This document shows positions 42,571-59,010 of a stretch of DNA of 64,000 nt, in pieces. A program made the position numbers and the translations under genes. The stretch comes from the human T2T-CHM13v2.0 reference genome, Homo sapiens, in NCBI RefSeq assembly GCF_009914755.1, contig NC_060934.1, one strand, 5' to 3'. The notes beneath the pieces were generated by a model. The model ran no database searches, was not told the origin of the DNA, and saw nothing but the letters and a program-made list of their open reading frames with translations. Position 1 is the first letter of the stretch; every line of letters begins with the position of its first letter.

Positions 42571-43720
42571 AATGAGCAAAAGATTTGAGCAAATACTTCT
42601 CCAAAGAAGATATATAGATGGCAAATAAGGACAGGAAAAGATGCTCAACATCATTATTCACGCAAAGTTAAAAACAGTGAGGTAGCACTATATATCTAGA
42701 AGCAAACAACAACAACAACAAAAAAGTGGAGAATATCAAGTGCTGGATATGATATGGAATGACGACAACTTTCATGCATTGCTGGAGAGAATGTAAAATA
42801 GAACATGCATTTTGGAAAACGGTTTGGCGGTTTCTTATATAGTTAAAACATACTTACCACAATACCCCAAAATCCCATTGCTAGGTACATAACCAAGTGA
42901 AATAAAAACCTGGGTTCATGCTGGGCACAGTGGCTCACATCTGTAATCTCAACACTTTGGGAGGCCGAGATGGGCAGGTTGCTTGAGCCCAGGAGTTCAA
43001 GACCAGCCTGGGCAACATGGCGAAACCCTGTCTCTACTAAAAATACAAAAATGACCCAGGCGTGGTGGCATGTACCTGTAGTCCCAGCTACTTTGGAGGC
43101 TAAAGTGGGAGGATTGCTTGAGCTCAGGAGGTAAAAGCTCCAGTGAGCCATAATTGTGCCATTGCACTCCACCATGGGTGAAAGAGAAAGACCCTGTCTC
43201 AAGAAAGAACAAAAACAAAAAAAAACCTTGTATTCAATAAGGTACAAGAATGTTAACAGGAGCTTTATTTATCATCGCTAAAAACTGGAAACCTTCCAAA
43301 TGTCCTTCACCTGATAAATGGATAAACTAAGATGGCAATTCATACAATGGAATATTACTCTGTAATAAAAAGGAAGGAACTACTGATAGATGCAATGACA
43401 AGGATGAATTTCAAATGAAATACTATATGAAAGAAGCCAGACTCAAAAGGTTATATCATTCCATCTATAAGATGTTCTGCAAAAGGCAAAACCAAGAGAA
43501 CAGAAAACAGATCAGTGGTTGCTAGGGGTTGTGCGTAGACAAAGGAGGTGACCTCATATGAAATTTTTTGGATAGTGAAACTCTTCTATATCTTGATTTT
43601 TGTGATAATTACACTACTATATAAATTTGTCAAAACTCAAAACTGTACATTTAAAAGGGTGGTTTTTGCCATATATGTAAATTACGGCAAAATTTTATTA
43701 ACCTCAAAAAGGTTAATAAA
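42571..43720 (+). mobile_element. L1ME-like 3' portion with an AluJ (~42920-43225)
   Basis: L1 ORF2 C-terminal and 3'UTR motifs; Alu consensus. Confidence 0.82.
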
Positions 43721-44079
43721 AAACAAGTTTTTTTCAGCATAAGTTTATACTTTATATAAAACAGAGCACTGAAACATGCTATCTCCTATTGTTTGCTGTG
43801 TTTCACTTTCCTATTTGTGCCCTCCTAGTTAACATTTTTACTCCCTTGGCAGATTTGGACATTCACAGGTATCTTCTCTTATCTTGTTGCTGTAGCTACA
43901 AGGGTTTATCTCATTTGACTAGTTACATATGGCCCAGTTGAGCAGGTATGTCAGACTTTTATAAAATATCTCCCCCACTCCAACTCTTTCCTTTTCTCGT
44001 TGAAAAGCATCTTTATTCATCTACCAATGAGTGCTAAAACCTCTGGGGCTGCTCTTTACCCTTGGAAAATTCTACATTC

Positions 44080-44434
44080 TACATTCTCAGGAAGTTGGTG
44101 AAGCCAGGCAGATGCAAACCACACTAGGGTAACCTGAGCACATCTAGCCAACGTGAAGTCTATTAGAGAGTTCTTATGTAAGGCTGCCAAGCTCCTAAAA
44201 AAAAGAGATGGGTCTTGATGGGACAACTGAGATTTGCTGTTGCATGGGCAACTGACTTGATGCTAAAGCTATTACAATGAGAGAGAGGAGATATTTTAAA
44301 AACCTGGGTCCTTGTAGACATTGTTGAGCAACTGATCATACCATTCTAGAATTGTCATATAATTTTCCTACTCTTTAAGATGGTTTTAAGTCCGAGTTTT
44401 CTGATACTTGCCATTGAAAACATCCTACTAATAC
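44080..44434 (+). mobile_element. MLT1-type (MaLR) LTR remnant
   Basis: 3' end ...ttttctgatacttgcc.ttgaaaacatcctactaataca resembles the MLT1 terminus. Confidence 0.5.
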
Positions 44435-44689
44435 AAGGCCCTACTTGCACTGCCTAAGACATTATAGCAAAGGTTCTCTTATAAAGTTCTCTTAAAAGTT
44501 TTCCTTCACTTCTCTAAAAAATAAAGTATACTAGAAAAAAAAATATTTTCCTCCCAGGCAATCCTTCTTTTCCACTGCTGCTTCTATTCTTTCTCCTGGT
44601 ACTTTTTCCAAATCCTCTCCAGTTTCCTCATGATACAGAAGTCCCAAGGAGAGGTTGGGATTTTCACAATTAATCTCATCACAAAGGAT

Positions 44690-44945
44690 GAAGCAAACCA
44701 ATCTACAGTGACAGAGGCAAATCAGTGGTTGCCCAGGGATGAGGCACAGTGGGTGAAGGTGGTGAAGGAGACATGAGAGGATTCTAAAGAGATACAAGGA
44801 AACTTTTCAGAGGTGACGGATATGGTTATTATCCTGATGATTGTGATAGTTTCACATACGTACACATATGTCAAGACTTATTAAAATTTGTATAATTAAA
44901 ATGTGTGCAGTTTATATGTCAATTATACTTCAATAAAGCTAATAA
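44690..44945 (+). mobile_element. L1ME-like 3' end
   Basis: aatctacagtgacag..atcagtggttgcc...tatgtcaattatacttcaataaagct. Confidence 0.75.
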
Positions 44946-45605
44946 ATTTGCGCTTTAAAAATAAGATAGTTTTACTGAGTGGCTGTTTCTGTGCAATCTA
45001 CAGAGATTTTTCCTTAACCTTTATACTACAGGTAGAATTAACTAGGCCCCTATTCCAAACTTATAGGGACACATGAATTCTTTCAGAAATAAGTTATACT
45101 TGCTGTAGCTTGAGAGTACATTTTCAGTGAGCCAATCACCAAAAGATTTGCAAAAAAAAGATTTTTATCTAATGCCCACTTCCACTTGTAAGTTATGCTA
45201 AAAATACATAGGTACACTAAGATTCCTTAAAATCCTGGACATCCGCAAATTACACAATGTTCTGGGATCCAAGTTCTTTTATTTGCTGCTGTCAATTCCC
45301 ACCCACTCTTTCACCTCCTTCTCTCTGGCATTCAATGAATCCACAAGCCTCCCTATTCTCTCTCTCTCTCTCAGCAACATCAACAAAGGGCTGCTAACCA
45401 GCTTTACACTGAGATGAAATCTGAATTCCTAAAGGCAAAAAGGCCCACATGTACCTTCCTATTGCCTGAGAAGAGGAGACTACTATATTTCTGTGCCACA
45501 CAGGGCACCAAACAACTAGAGGAGAATCTTTCGTAGTCTTTTCCTCTTATATGCCAAAAGCTAGACAAATGGTGGAGAGAGGAGTAAAAAGAAAAGGCAG
45601 CTTAC

Positions 45606-45732
45606 CCATGGAGTAGAGGTTGTCAAAGCTCTGGTGCATGCGGATAATCTCATAGTAAAGTTCATCATAGCTGCTGGGGGTTGGCAGAAATGTGTCGCCA
45701 TATGTGATAAACATATTAAATAGGTTCACAAT
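45606..45732 (-). CDS. ARMH3: ARMH3 internal coding exon, 127 nt, [42 protein letters not shown](V) (about exon 22)
   Basis: ttcttttttag|ATT acceptor and ATGG|gtaag donor. Matches ORF-track 45547..45729. The [20 protein letters not shown] motif is characteristic of the C10orf76/ARMH3 family. Confidence 0.96.
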
Positions 45733-45789
45733 CTAAAAAAGAAGGAAAGGCCCATATATAGGCATCAGGCTATGAAGACTAAAAATTAT

Positions 45790-46206
45790 CAGTGGTATGC
45801 TGTAGCCAGCTCTTACTGTCTTGCAAGAGTTGACTGTAAAATTTTCAGGAATTTTGTAAGCCAGTTGTTAAACACAGCCATTATTAAAAATTTCACTCAT
45901 ATAAACTTATAATTAAATAAATTATATTAAAATGAAAGTAATAAATATTAAAAACTTATCACTTCCTAATTATTTTCTACCTTTTACTAACCTATGCTCT
46001 GGAGATTTATAACTATTATATCTGTGTGGTGCAAACATCATATAATGGTGTGCTACTGCACATTGCTTCCCAACTCTGCATGACTCTGATGTCACATTGA
46101 TAGCTTGAAATTGGCCATGGTGGGTGTAGCTCTACAATGAAAATCAGCAAATGCTACGAATCAAGACTTTTTTTCCCTCTAATGTTGAACATTTAAGAAC
46201 ACATTG
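45790..46206. mobile_element. MER63 (hAT-Blackjack) element, MER63B-like
   Basis: cagtggtatgctg start and ..aacacattg end. Internal aaattttcaggaatttt..agccagttgttaaacacagccattattaaaaa. Lies in the 926-bp intron between two ARMH3 exons. Confidence 0.8.
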
Positions 46207-46658
46207 TATAATATCCTAAGAAGATAGTCAAAATGCACAATGGCCTCCTTCTATCCCAAATAACCAGCCAGATAAGCAAGCATCTGTAATGTCCCTCAGA
46301 AACCAAGTGCAGCCATGATGGAACCTTCAGAGGGTTTGCTATTTACCAACATAGAGACCGCAGTAGTATACAGCAGTCTCTCAATTGGGACCAAGGCTCA
46401 CTATTCATACACAGAGATCTAACCTATACCCACCCCTGCCAGACAATATATTTTCATGAAGGAAAGAGAGTCATGCAGAGTTTGCCAAAGACATAGGTGA
46501 GAGTGGGGACCACCAGTCCAGATTCGGATCCAAAAAATATATATAGGTCTGGTTCCCTCTATGGCTTAGTCCCCAGACCACCAGCTCCTGTTTCAAACCA
46601 GTGCATTTCTGCCTTAGCATATGGCTTCAGAAAAAGAAGTATTTGTTTTGATACTCAC

Positions 46659-46741
46659 CATAAGGGCTAATGTAAAAATGTTGTGTTTGGCCAAAAGTAC
46701 AGTCTCATTTGACATAAGGAACTTCAGCAAATTTATCAAGG
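46659..46741 (-). CDS. ARMH3: ARMH3 (C10orf76) internal coding exon, 83 nt, (A)[27 protein letters not shown] (about exon 21; numbering from memory)
   Basis: Minus strand has a T16-AAAG acceptor and an ATG|gtgagt donor. The frame is open and continues in phase 0 into the next exon. Peptide recognised as the ARMH3 C-terminal region. Confidence 0.93.
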
Positions 46742-48901
46742 CTTTAAAAAAAAAAAAAAAAGACATCAACAAGCTATTCAAACCATGATTAATAAAGTTA
46801 AATAAAAACAGACTAGCTCTAAAAAAAATCCAGAAGGTTAGAGTGAGTAAGTCTCAGCCACCAAGGTCTTTTAAAAAGCAGGTAAGGTAGGTATATTTGA
46901 GGAAAGCACTCACCTTCCCAAGCACGTGTCTGCTTATCTGTTCATGGAAGGTTTTGAAATAGCTACTTCTTTTTGCCACTTCTTAAATAGCAATTAAGCT
47001 CAGAAATCTGACTATAAAACTGACATCTTGGTGTTTCAAATTTACTCCCACATGGTGATTTCCCCATCAAATTTGCTCAATTTACAGGTGAAAATGAGGG
47101 TCCCCCTTCCACCCTCAGCTGCTAGCTTCTATTGTCATCAAGCTTTAGACATGTATCTGTTTCAGACATCATTGCTAAGAGGAAAATGTATCCATTCTAA
47201 CTGGTCACCAGATATAGCAGCTATACTGTATGTACTCCTCTAGATGAGGAGAGCTCATAAAGAGAAAAAAAGCCCTTAACTGCTCTAACTATTCAAACAA
47301 AGTGAAGCTTGCGCTGACCTCTCGTTACAGTGACAACATTTATTGAAATCTCTTTCTGCCTGGCAATTCTTAGCGAGGGGAGAGATTCCTAAAACCCAAG
47401 CAACCTCAATAAAGAGACTGACTGCCAAGTCCCTAGTTTAGCAGTGCAGCTTCAGACATTTTTGCAAATAAATATTAAGCATAAAAGAAGTTATCAGTTA
47501 CCTTATACTCATTCACCTAGCACATTTTGTCCATGAAATGAGTCCTGCTTCTCTGCCCATCTCAGATAATGCCCCTGTACCTACCTCCCCTACTTGATGG
47601 GATACTATAAAGGGGTTCAGCAGCTGCAGGCAATCTGTGGTCCTTCTGTCTTCTCCCCCACAAACCCCCACCTTCCACAGACCCAAGAAAAGGCTTGACC
47701 TCTCTTTTTCTAGGACCATATCTGCTTCTTTGCCAGCAAAGAAGTTCATTCTCCCATGCTGTCAGAGTTTTGTGTGAAGTTTACTACTCTTAAAGTAGAG
47801 ATGTGAGCTTTGATTTGGAACAGCAGGGAATGATGAGTAGGAGTGAGACTCTCCAGACTCTTGCTGCCTACCACACAACACCCCTCACTCTCAATCCTTT
47901 AAAAGCACAGGTACAGTAAAGAAACAGCAGGCAAGGAAAGTACAAGAGGCTGGCTTCACCCACATTCTGTTTCTAAAGCCTGAATCTTCCCCTCAAATAG
48001 TAAAAAAAAGCCTTGCCAGGCATGAAGGAGATAGGCATCTTCATTTATAAACTCTTTACCCCGGCCCCAACTTGAGTTCTCTGGGGTTTCATAATGAAAA
48101 GGCAAATGATAGGCAGCTGGCCCTTTTAATGGTGTCTGTTAAGTGATCAAGTATCTGTTGGACTGGGGGGACAAAAAGGCTCCAAGGGAGCCCATTCAGG
48201 ATCACACAACCTGCTTAGCTCCTACCAGGAGCACAGGAATAATGGGGCTAGCTAAAATTCACATAAAAATGACTAACCCAAACTTCCCTCCTTAAAGAAG
48301 ATCACCTTGCTGAGTGAGCTACGTGGGGGCTGCCCACCCCACCACCTAATCCCCAGAGTTTAGACAAGCCCTGTTAATGATATACTACCTGACAATCGGA
48401 CTCTATAAAATCATAGAGGCGAGAGAAAGGGATGGGCAGCACGCTTGGCACTCTGCAAAACGTAATGGCTAGAGACAAAGCAGCTTTTGCACACATCCCA
48501 TCAACAAGGGCTTTTGTCCCCAGGACACACAGCACAGAGATGCAGCCTCAGCAGTGGCTATGTGGTAATTAAAGGGCAGGAAACCTGGAGGAAAGGATGT
48601 GGGAGCAATGATTTATTGCTCCTCTGCTGGACTACAGCTAGTCTTGATCTCTGGGATTCAGAATCCAGGATGACAAAGTGAGAAATATTAGAGGAGGAAG
48701 AGAGCAACTCTGGCACGGGCAACCTGTGTCCCAACTGCCACAGGCATTAGCGGAGCCAGAGTATTGAAAGGGAGAGTCCAGTACCACAATACTCTGAGAG
48801 TCAGTGCCAGAGTGGCTTGCATTCTGCCCCTGAAAATGCAGGTCAGATATTCTGCTCCCCCAAGAACCAAGGTCTTCTCACTTGGAAGTAAGAATTCTCT
48901 A

Positions 48902-50006
<1,105 letters not shown>

Positions 50007-51534
50007 CTATACTGTTATCAGCACTTCTCTAGACTCTGGTTTATAACTTTCTCCACCTGTTGGCTGCTCTACGTCATTTTCATGTATTTGGTCCCCATTT
50101 TCCCTTGGTCCTCAGCTACCTGTTAAAGTACAAGTATTTAATACCTCATTATCGCCTTCCTGTCACTCACTGGCAACACAAAAAGACTCCCAGAAGCTTT
50201 GCTCAGCACGAGCCACCTCAGCAGGCCTCTCTGCCAGCTCCTTGGCCTGCTCTCTGCTGTCTTATCTACATCTCAGCTCTCACCTCCACCTCTCTATCCC
50301 TTGTGGCTGCTTGCTCTCTCTTTTTTTTTTTAAGCACATAACTATCAACTAAAACTGTTCCTAATTCCCTCAGTCAGTGTTGCCTTCTTCAAAATTAGGT
50401 ACTGCCAATGGAAGATGATTGGATATGGACATTAAAGGGAGCCAAGATCCCCTTTCTTTAGAAAAAATCAGAACCAAAACAAAAAAATATGGGTATAAAC
50501 AATTAATAACCAGGTTTATTTATAAACTATTATGGACCGAGCTTTGCACAGGGTTTATGCCAAAAAAGACAGGTTTAGGCCAAAGAAGAAAATGCCCTGT
50601 GTCAGGAGCAGTTTCAAGGACAGCAGAGAACTGGCACTCAGGATCTCAGTGCCAACACAGAGCTCATGCTAACAGGCTCCTGACTCACCCCCTCTACATA
50701 CACACACATTTTTAGAAAACTGCCCTTGATCCACTTGTCCACTTGATGTCATCTGGGCACATGACCAGCCAAATTGTTCCAAGGACACTCACAGAAGTAG
50801 CAGTACATACAGGGAAGAATTAAGATAACTAAAAAATAAGGGGATGATTGCATAAACATAGTACGGTTAATCAGTCATACATCTGTAAGACTTTGCAATC
50901 AAGTACAGTAAATGTTGCAGTCATGAAGATATGAGGGACAGGATGTACCATTTAATTTAATCCTTTGCCTTATCATGTTTCTCATTGTTAAATAATAGTT
51001 TCTAAAATGAAGTGGGGCAAAAGGGCTAATACAGGATTCTTCACCAAAGGCCTGACTCCTGGTCTGAGAGATTTCCAACGAAGCATGACCTTATGGTATA
51101 GAAACTTAACACTGTGTAAACAGCTTTGCCCATTAGGTGAGCAATGGCTGCTCACTCCCTCAAAAGAGAATGGCATAGCTTGTCGCAGAGAATATCCTTT
51201 TGGGTAAGGGCAAGCTTGGTAGTTGAGACTTTCCAAACCTGAAGAGATAATGCCCATGGGCCCATACTCCACATCCCTGGGAATGCGCTGTCCCAAAATA
51301 CCAACGTGAAGAGACACATCACAGAGGAATGCATCATTTCCTCCAGAAGAATGACAACTACTACAAGTTAATAACTGTGTCCAGAAGCTCACACAGAGCA
51401 TCTCAAACTTTCCTTTTTTTTTTTTTACCCTCTATCTGATACCTTAAAAAAAGACACTTAACTACAGAAATCACCTTCCTCAAACTACATTCACCTCTTT
51501 TCAAAGTAAGAAATACCATGGTCATAAATGGCAG

Positions 51535-51715
51535 GAAAGGTAACACTTATTAGGTGCTTGCTAGGTGCTAGATATTATGTAAAGCACTTAAATTATATTC
51601 TTCTCACTGAATCCTCTTAACTATCTGATGAAGTAGGTATTATTGTTCCCATTTTACAGATGAGCAAATCAAAATTCAGAAAGGTTAAATAAATTACCCA
51701 AAGCCAATATGCTGG
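51535..51715 (-). mobile_element. MIR
   Basis: gtaggtattattgttcccattttacagatgag...ggttaaataaattacccaa. Confidence 0.8.
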
Positions 51716-51928
51716 TTGGAGCTAAACTGCATTAAGGACAAATCATGCTGGGGAGAAGAAGGTCTCTGAACTCCCACTGCTGAGGTCTATGAAACTGTAT
51801 TGGATCCACCCAAACTTCAATTTGAAAAATATTTGTTGGGGATACAGGAGCTATCTAGGGCCAATATCTATATTTGCCACCAAAAACCATACTTTGATCA
51901 CAATTCCACTGATTAGCCCCTCACATAA

Positions 51929-53319
<1,391 letters not shown>

Positions 53320-53379
53320 AGCTCAGAGTACATGTCTCTAAATGTCTTAGGACTTCACTCCACTGGCCTAAGATAATTA

Positions 53380-54205
53380 AACGCACACAATCTCAAAAAA
53401 ACAAGCGATTGCAGGAACTCAAACAAGTATTTGTACACCCATGTTTACAGCAGCATCATTCACAACAGCCAAAAGGTGGAAGCAACCCAAATGTCCATCA
53501 AAAGATGAACGAATAAACAAAATATGGTATATACATATGGCAGAATATTACTCAGCCTTAAAAAGGAAGAAAATTCTGACAACATAGATGAACCTTGAAG
53601 ATATTATTCTAAGTGAAATAAACCAGTTACAAAAGGACAAATGCTGTTTAATTCCACTTAAATGAAATACCCAGAGTAATCAAATTCAGAATTAGTGTTG
53701 CCAGGGTCTGGCATGAGGGGGAATTAAGAATTATTGCTGGCCAGACACGGTGGCTCACACCTGTAATCCCAGCACTTTGGAGGCCAAGGAAGGTGGATTA
53801 CCTGAGGTCAGGAGTTCAAGACCAGCCTGTAACATGGTGAAACCCCGTCTTTACCAAAAAAAAAAAAAAAAAATTAGCCTGGCATGGTGGTACACACCTA
53901 TAGTCCCAGCTACTCGGGAGGCTGAGGCAGGAGAATCACTTGAACCCAGAGGCGGAAGTTGCAGTGAACCAAGATTGCACCACTGCACTCCCACCTGGGT
54001 GACAGAGTGAGACTCCATCTCAAAAAAAGAAAAAAAAAAGTTTTTGTTTAATGAGTACTGAGTTTCAGTTTGGGAAGATAAAAAAAAGTACTGGAAATGG
54101 AAGGTAGTGATGGTTGCACAATGTGAATATACTTAATGCCACTGAACTGTATGGTTAAACATAGTTACAATGATAAATTTTATGTTTATTTTACCCCAAT
54201 TAAAA
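53380..54205 (+). mobile_element. L1MB-like 3' end with an AluS (~53739-54039)
   Basis: L1 3'UTR motifs and Alu consensus. Confidence 0.85.
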
Positions 54206-55091
54206 AGAAAAACAAAAGGTCAATGTTTTTCTTTCCACAGACACTCCCAACAGCCTCACAAACACTCCAGTCTCACTTTCTGTAACCTCTGCATAACTGA
54301 CTGGCTGACATTCACGTCAAAGTACACCATACTAAGTACAGGGACAAACACACAAAGATGCTTCCTCACTGATAGGTAAAAGGAAAGGAGCCAAATATAC
54401 TCAATCAACAGAGAGCCCATGAACTTGAGCAGGAATGCAAATTCAAAATGAACCCCGGGCAGCCTTCAAGGCAACACTGTGGCAATCTTCAAAATAATCA
54501 CCAAAGTTCACCATCCAAACTAACAATGCACTAAATACCAACACTATCCTACAAAATCCTCAGGGACTCTGGGTTTGATTCCTAATCCTTGCTGTTTCAT
54601 CTGTTATACTTAATGAGGTTCCAAGTACTCTTAACTCTGCACCAAGTGAAGAACTGAGAAATTACTGCAGTAAAATATTTGAGGTATTATATTACACATT
54701 AAATACGTTTAAGTTGTAGGGAAGTGAGTGCTCAATACACACTCATTTCTTCATTGGCAAGTCTTTCATACCAGGCCCCTTGAAAACTTATTTTCTGGGC
54801 TGTTTTTCAGGAACTCCAAATTGGCTACAACTGCTCTCTTTTGACTCTGTACTAGAGGCAACTATCAGTCTCACACTCAGCTTCAGCCCATGTTCCCTTC
54901 CTTGGGGAGTCCTGTGCATCATATCTGCTGAAAGAGTATGACAACAGTGTGTAGAGTTCTGACTTTTCTGTATGCACATGCAGATAGAATATAGAAGAGT
55001 GTACAGGTTCGGGAAGCTGAGCCAGGACCAGGCACTCTGATGGTTCCCTAAGTCCCACGTGAATTCCTAGAGATAGAAGCAGACAATCTAA

Positions 55092-55693
<602 letters not shown>

Positions 55694-56467
55694 TGAGAAC
55701 TTTCCCAGAATTTTTTCTATCCTGCTTTGAATTCAGGAGGAGGGAAAAAAGGTAGCAGCAAATTGTGTTGCCATGTAGCAGTAGAATGAATAATGGATAT
55801 GAGAACTTCTCCAGGACTAAAACCTGTCCCCCACATTAAGGTAAACCAGGTGCAGAGAGGAACAAGCCAACCACAGGAAGACACAATTAAGTGGTAGCTC
55901 AGGCCTCTGCCTCAAAAAAGGAGAGGGGAGGCTTAATTATAAAACCAAGTGAATGACATTTAAATAAGATTAAAAACAGGAAAGAGACAGCCTCCAGGAG
56001 AGCACAAACTAATATCTCCAAAGAATCAGGTCAGAGAAAGCTGTCTATTTGAGCAGCTTTTACATGCTATGAAGACAAACAGCAAAGACAACACTCACCC
56101 AGACTTGATTTTGTGACCTGGCATGGAGCTAGGTTTAGGTACCACAGAACCCAAATCAAAACCTGTTCATTAGGAGAGATGGATAATTTCACAGTGACTA
56201 ATAAAAGAATAATATTACCATCTCAGTTGCTTAGGAGAGAAGTCAAGAAACTCAAAGGACACGATGAAAATAGCACTAGTGTAACAAGCTCATGCCACCA
56301 AAACCCTGGAAGCACTATAAACTCTAGCCAATTCCAGCATCTCTGGACAAAATCACCAATTACCCAGGGACATTGCCAGCAATCAGCAGGCTCACTGTCA
56401 ATCAGCAGAGTGGTGCAGGAGAGAATCTGAAGCCAACACCTGCCAGTAGAATAATTTAAAAATACTC

Positions 56468-56746
<279 letters not shown>

Positions 56747-58189
56747 TGGGGGGAGCAGGGGGCGGGGAACAACTCTAGGTGGCTTTTCAGAATACAGGCA
56801 TCTGTCTGGATGCAAGCCTAAGCACTTCACTGACACAGAGGCCAAAGAATCAAACAAGAAAATGAAATGGCTCTGGCTGTATGCTATCAGCCTCTCCAGG
56901 TGAACACAGCACACAAGTCAGTATGTCAACAGCCTGCACTGACTAAAGGCTCCACATTCCTCTAAATGAGTCAGAAATAGAACAAATCCTTTCTTTAAAC
57001 GGAAATCTGCTTCCATCCTTACCATTTTCCTTGCAGTCAATGTGTATCTGCTAAAAAAAAAAAATAAATAAGGTTCTCAACCATCTTCCATTCCCCATTT
57101 TCTTGCAGACAATGCAAACCTCACAATTAGCACCCAGCCTCTTCTTTTTCATGAAAATGAGTTTCCACATGAAAGTTCCCAGATCCTAGACTTTGGGAAA
57201 TGTAGGGTCCCTGTGCAGCTGCCTCTAACCAAGCATGCTCAGGAGCCACTGCCTTCTTCTAGGGCCCTATACCACCTGCTCCTTTCCCCCCACCGTTTCC
57301 TAAAGGAGTGATAGCCAAAATCACCCTTTAAGAAATCTAAAAGTCAATGAGACCATGTCTCAGTGGAGCCATCTGACACAGAACCAATAACTTTACTTTT
57401 TGCCAAAATGAGGTAGGACCAATAACAGACTTGTCTTGCTCCCTCGAGATCCAGAGAAGGATGATACCTTATGAAACCACATGACATGTCCCTTTGAAAC
57501 TAATATAGGCAGAGTAACCAAAAGCACAGCTAATCCTTCCCTGGTCCCTTTTACTTGACAAAATGCTCATGGGCCTATGAGAGTTGACATTTTTCTGGAT
57601 AGGAAGTGACTGCATGCACAGAGAAAAGAACAAAGTGATTTCTTGCTCTTTTGGGGGCTTTTACGTGGGAATCTTTTTCTCCCTGTAACAGGCTAAACCT
57701 GTTAGAGATTCTTATCTTTTGCTTCTGCCAAGTTTCTGAGGGGATGAGAGAAAGATTCAAAATAGTGTAAATTTTGGATTCAGCCAAATGTAGTGATTTG
57801 AAAGGGAAAAAAGCTTCCTGGCATTCCTTTTTAGTCCTTGGGCTTTCTATACTGCTGTAGACAATATTTCATAACTACATTATAGAACCAGAAAGATACC
57901 TTCTAATGCCCCTGAATTAGAACATTCTAATTTTGAGAGGAATTGATCACCCATAGAGGAAAAGAGGCTCTCTATTTTTGCATATGGAAGCTAAAGCAGT
58001 CTTAATTAGGCACATCAGCCTAGAATATATCTTGTGACATATTTGCCTAAATCAGAGAAAATTTAGCAGAATGAGGAAGAGCAATTTTAAAAACAAGATA
58101 GAAATAGCAGCTGCCAAAATTCCCCTTCCCATCTACTCTAGTTTTTACTGCTATGTTCTTTCCCGCCTGGATACTCTCTTCAAAACTAA

Positions 58190-58325
58190 AAGAAGCAATG
58201 TTGTAGAGTTATATAAGATGTCATCACTGGAGGAAGCTGGGTGAAGGGTACATGAAACTCTATATACTATTTTTGCAACTTCCTGTAAGTCTATAATTAC
58301 ATCAAAATTAAAAGTTTAAAAAAGA
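58190..58325 (+). mobile_element. L1M 3'-terminal fragment
   Basis: ggaagctgggtgaagggtacatgaaactct...ttttgcaacttcctgtaagtcta. Confidence 0.75.
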
Positions 58326-58789
58326 AACTAAACTAAAAGAAGCACACAATGAAAAGTTCAAAGCATAGTTTCTCAAAATCAAGAGGGGCTGCTGAACTAT
58401 CAAAGCTACATCTACACAAGAACTGCCAGATAAATCTATGGCTTGAGTCAGCCTTTCTCTTGAAAAATTTCAGTCCTGTATGGCAACACTTAAAAGTAAA
58501 ACAAGCTTCCAACGAAAGGCTCTCAATTGCCAGTCTTGAGATGTACCTAACCAAGAAGTCATAGGCCTCTGCCAGTAATAGGAGAGCCAGCTGGATCCAG
58601 AACGCTGTGATACTCCCTGGGTTTTCCATTTTTCCCAGTAGATATCTAAAAGGTCAGGCCATGTACAATTTCTTTTTCACAAAGCTGTGAATGCTTTGGA
58701 TGTTACTTAGCACAGTGAAGCTGAACAGATTGTTCTGGGGGCTTAGGGGGCCTTTCTTCCTGCAGGCAAGCAAATGTTGCTTAGTGATC

Positions 58790-59010
58790 TGTGTCTGAGC
58801 ATAGGAGTCAGGAACTCTAAGTTCTAATCATGACTCTGTTTAGCGTCTGGTTCCATGATCCTTAGCAAGTCACTTAACCCTTCTATATCTCTACTCCCTT
58901 CCCCAACAAATGGGGATAAAAATAACGACTTATCACCGGGATGTGGCAGAGTGAGAGGGTAACAACTGTGATCCATAGATAAATGTTGAATATAAAATGT
59001 CAGTATAAAT
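58790..59010 (+). mobile_element. MIR
   Basis: ggagtcagga..gttctaatc..ccttagcaagtcacttaacc..aaatggggataa. Confidence 0.7.

Noticed and set aside
45547-45605. C-terminal tail [19 protein letters not shown] of ORF 45547..45729
   Set aside because: Intron read-through past the GTAAG donor at 45605.
50988-51401. 137-aa non-Alu ORF on the minus strand
   Set aside because: No recognisable homology, no convincing exon boundaries, and a length expected by chance.
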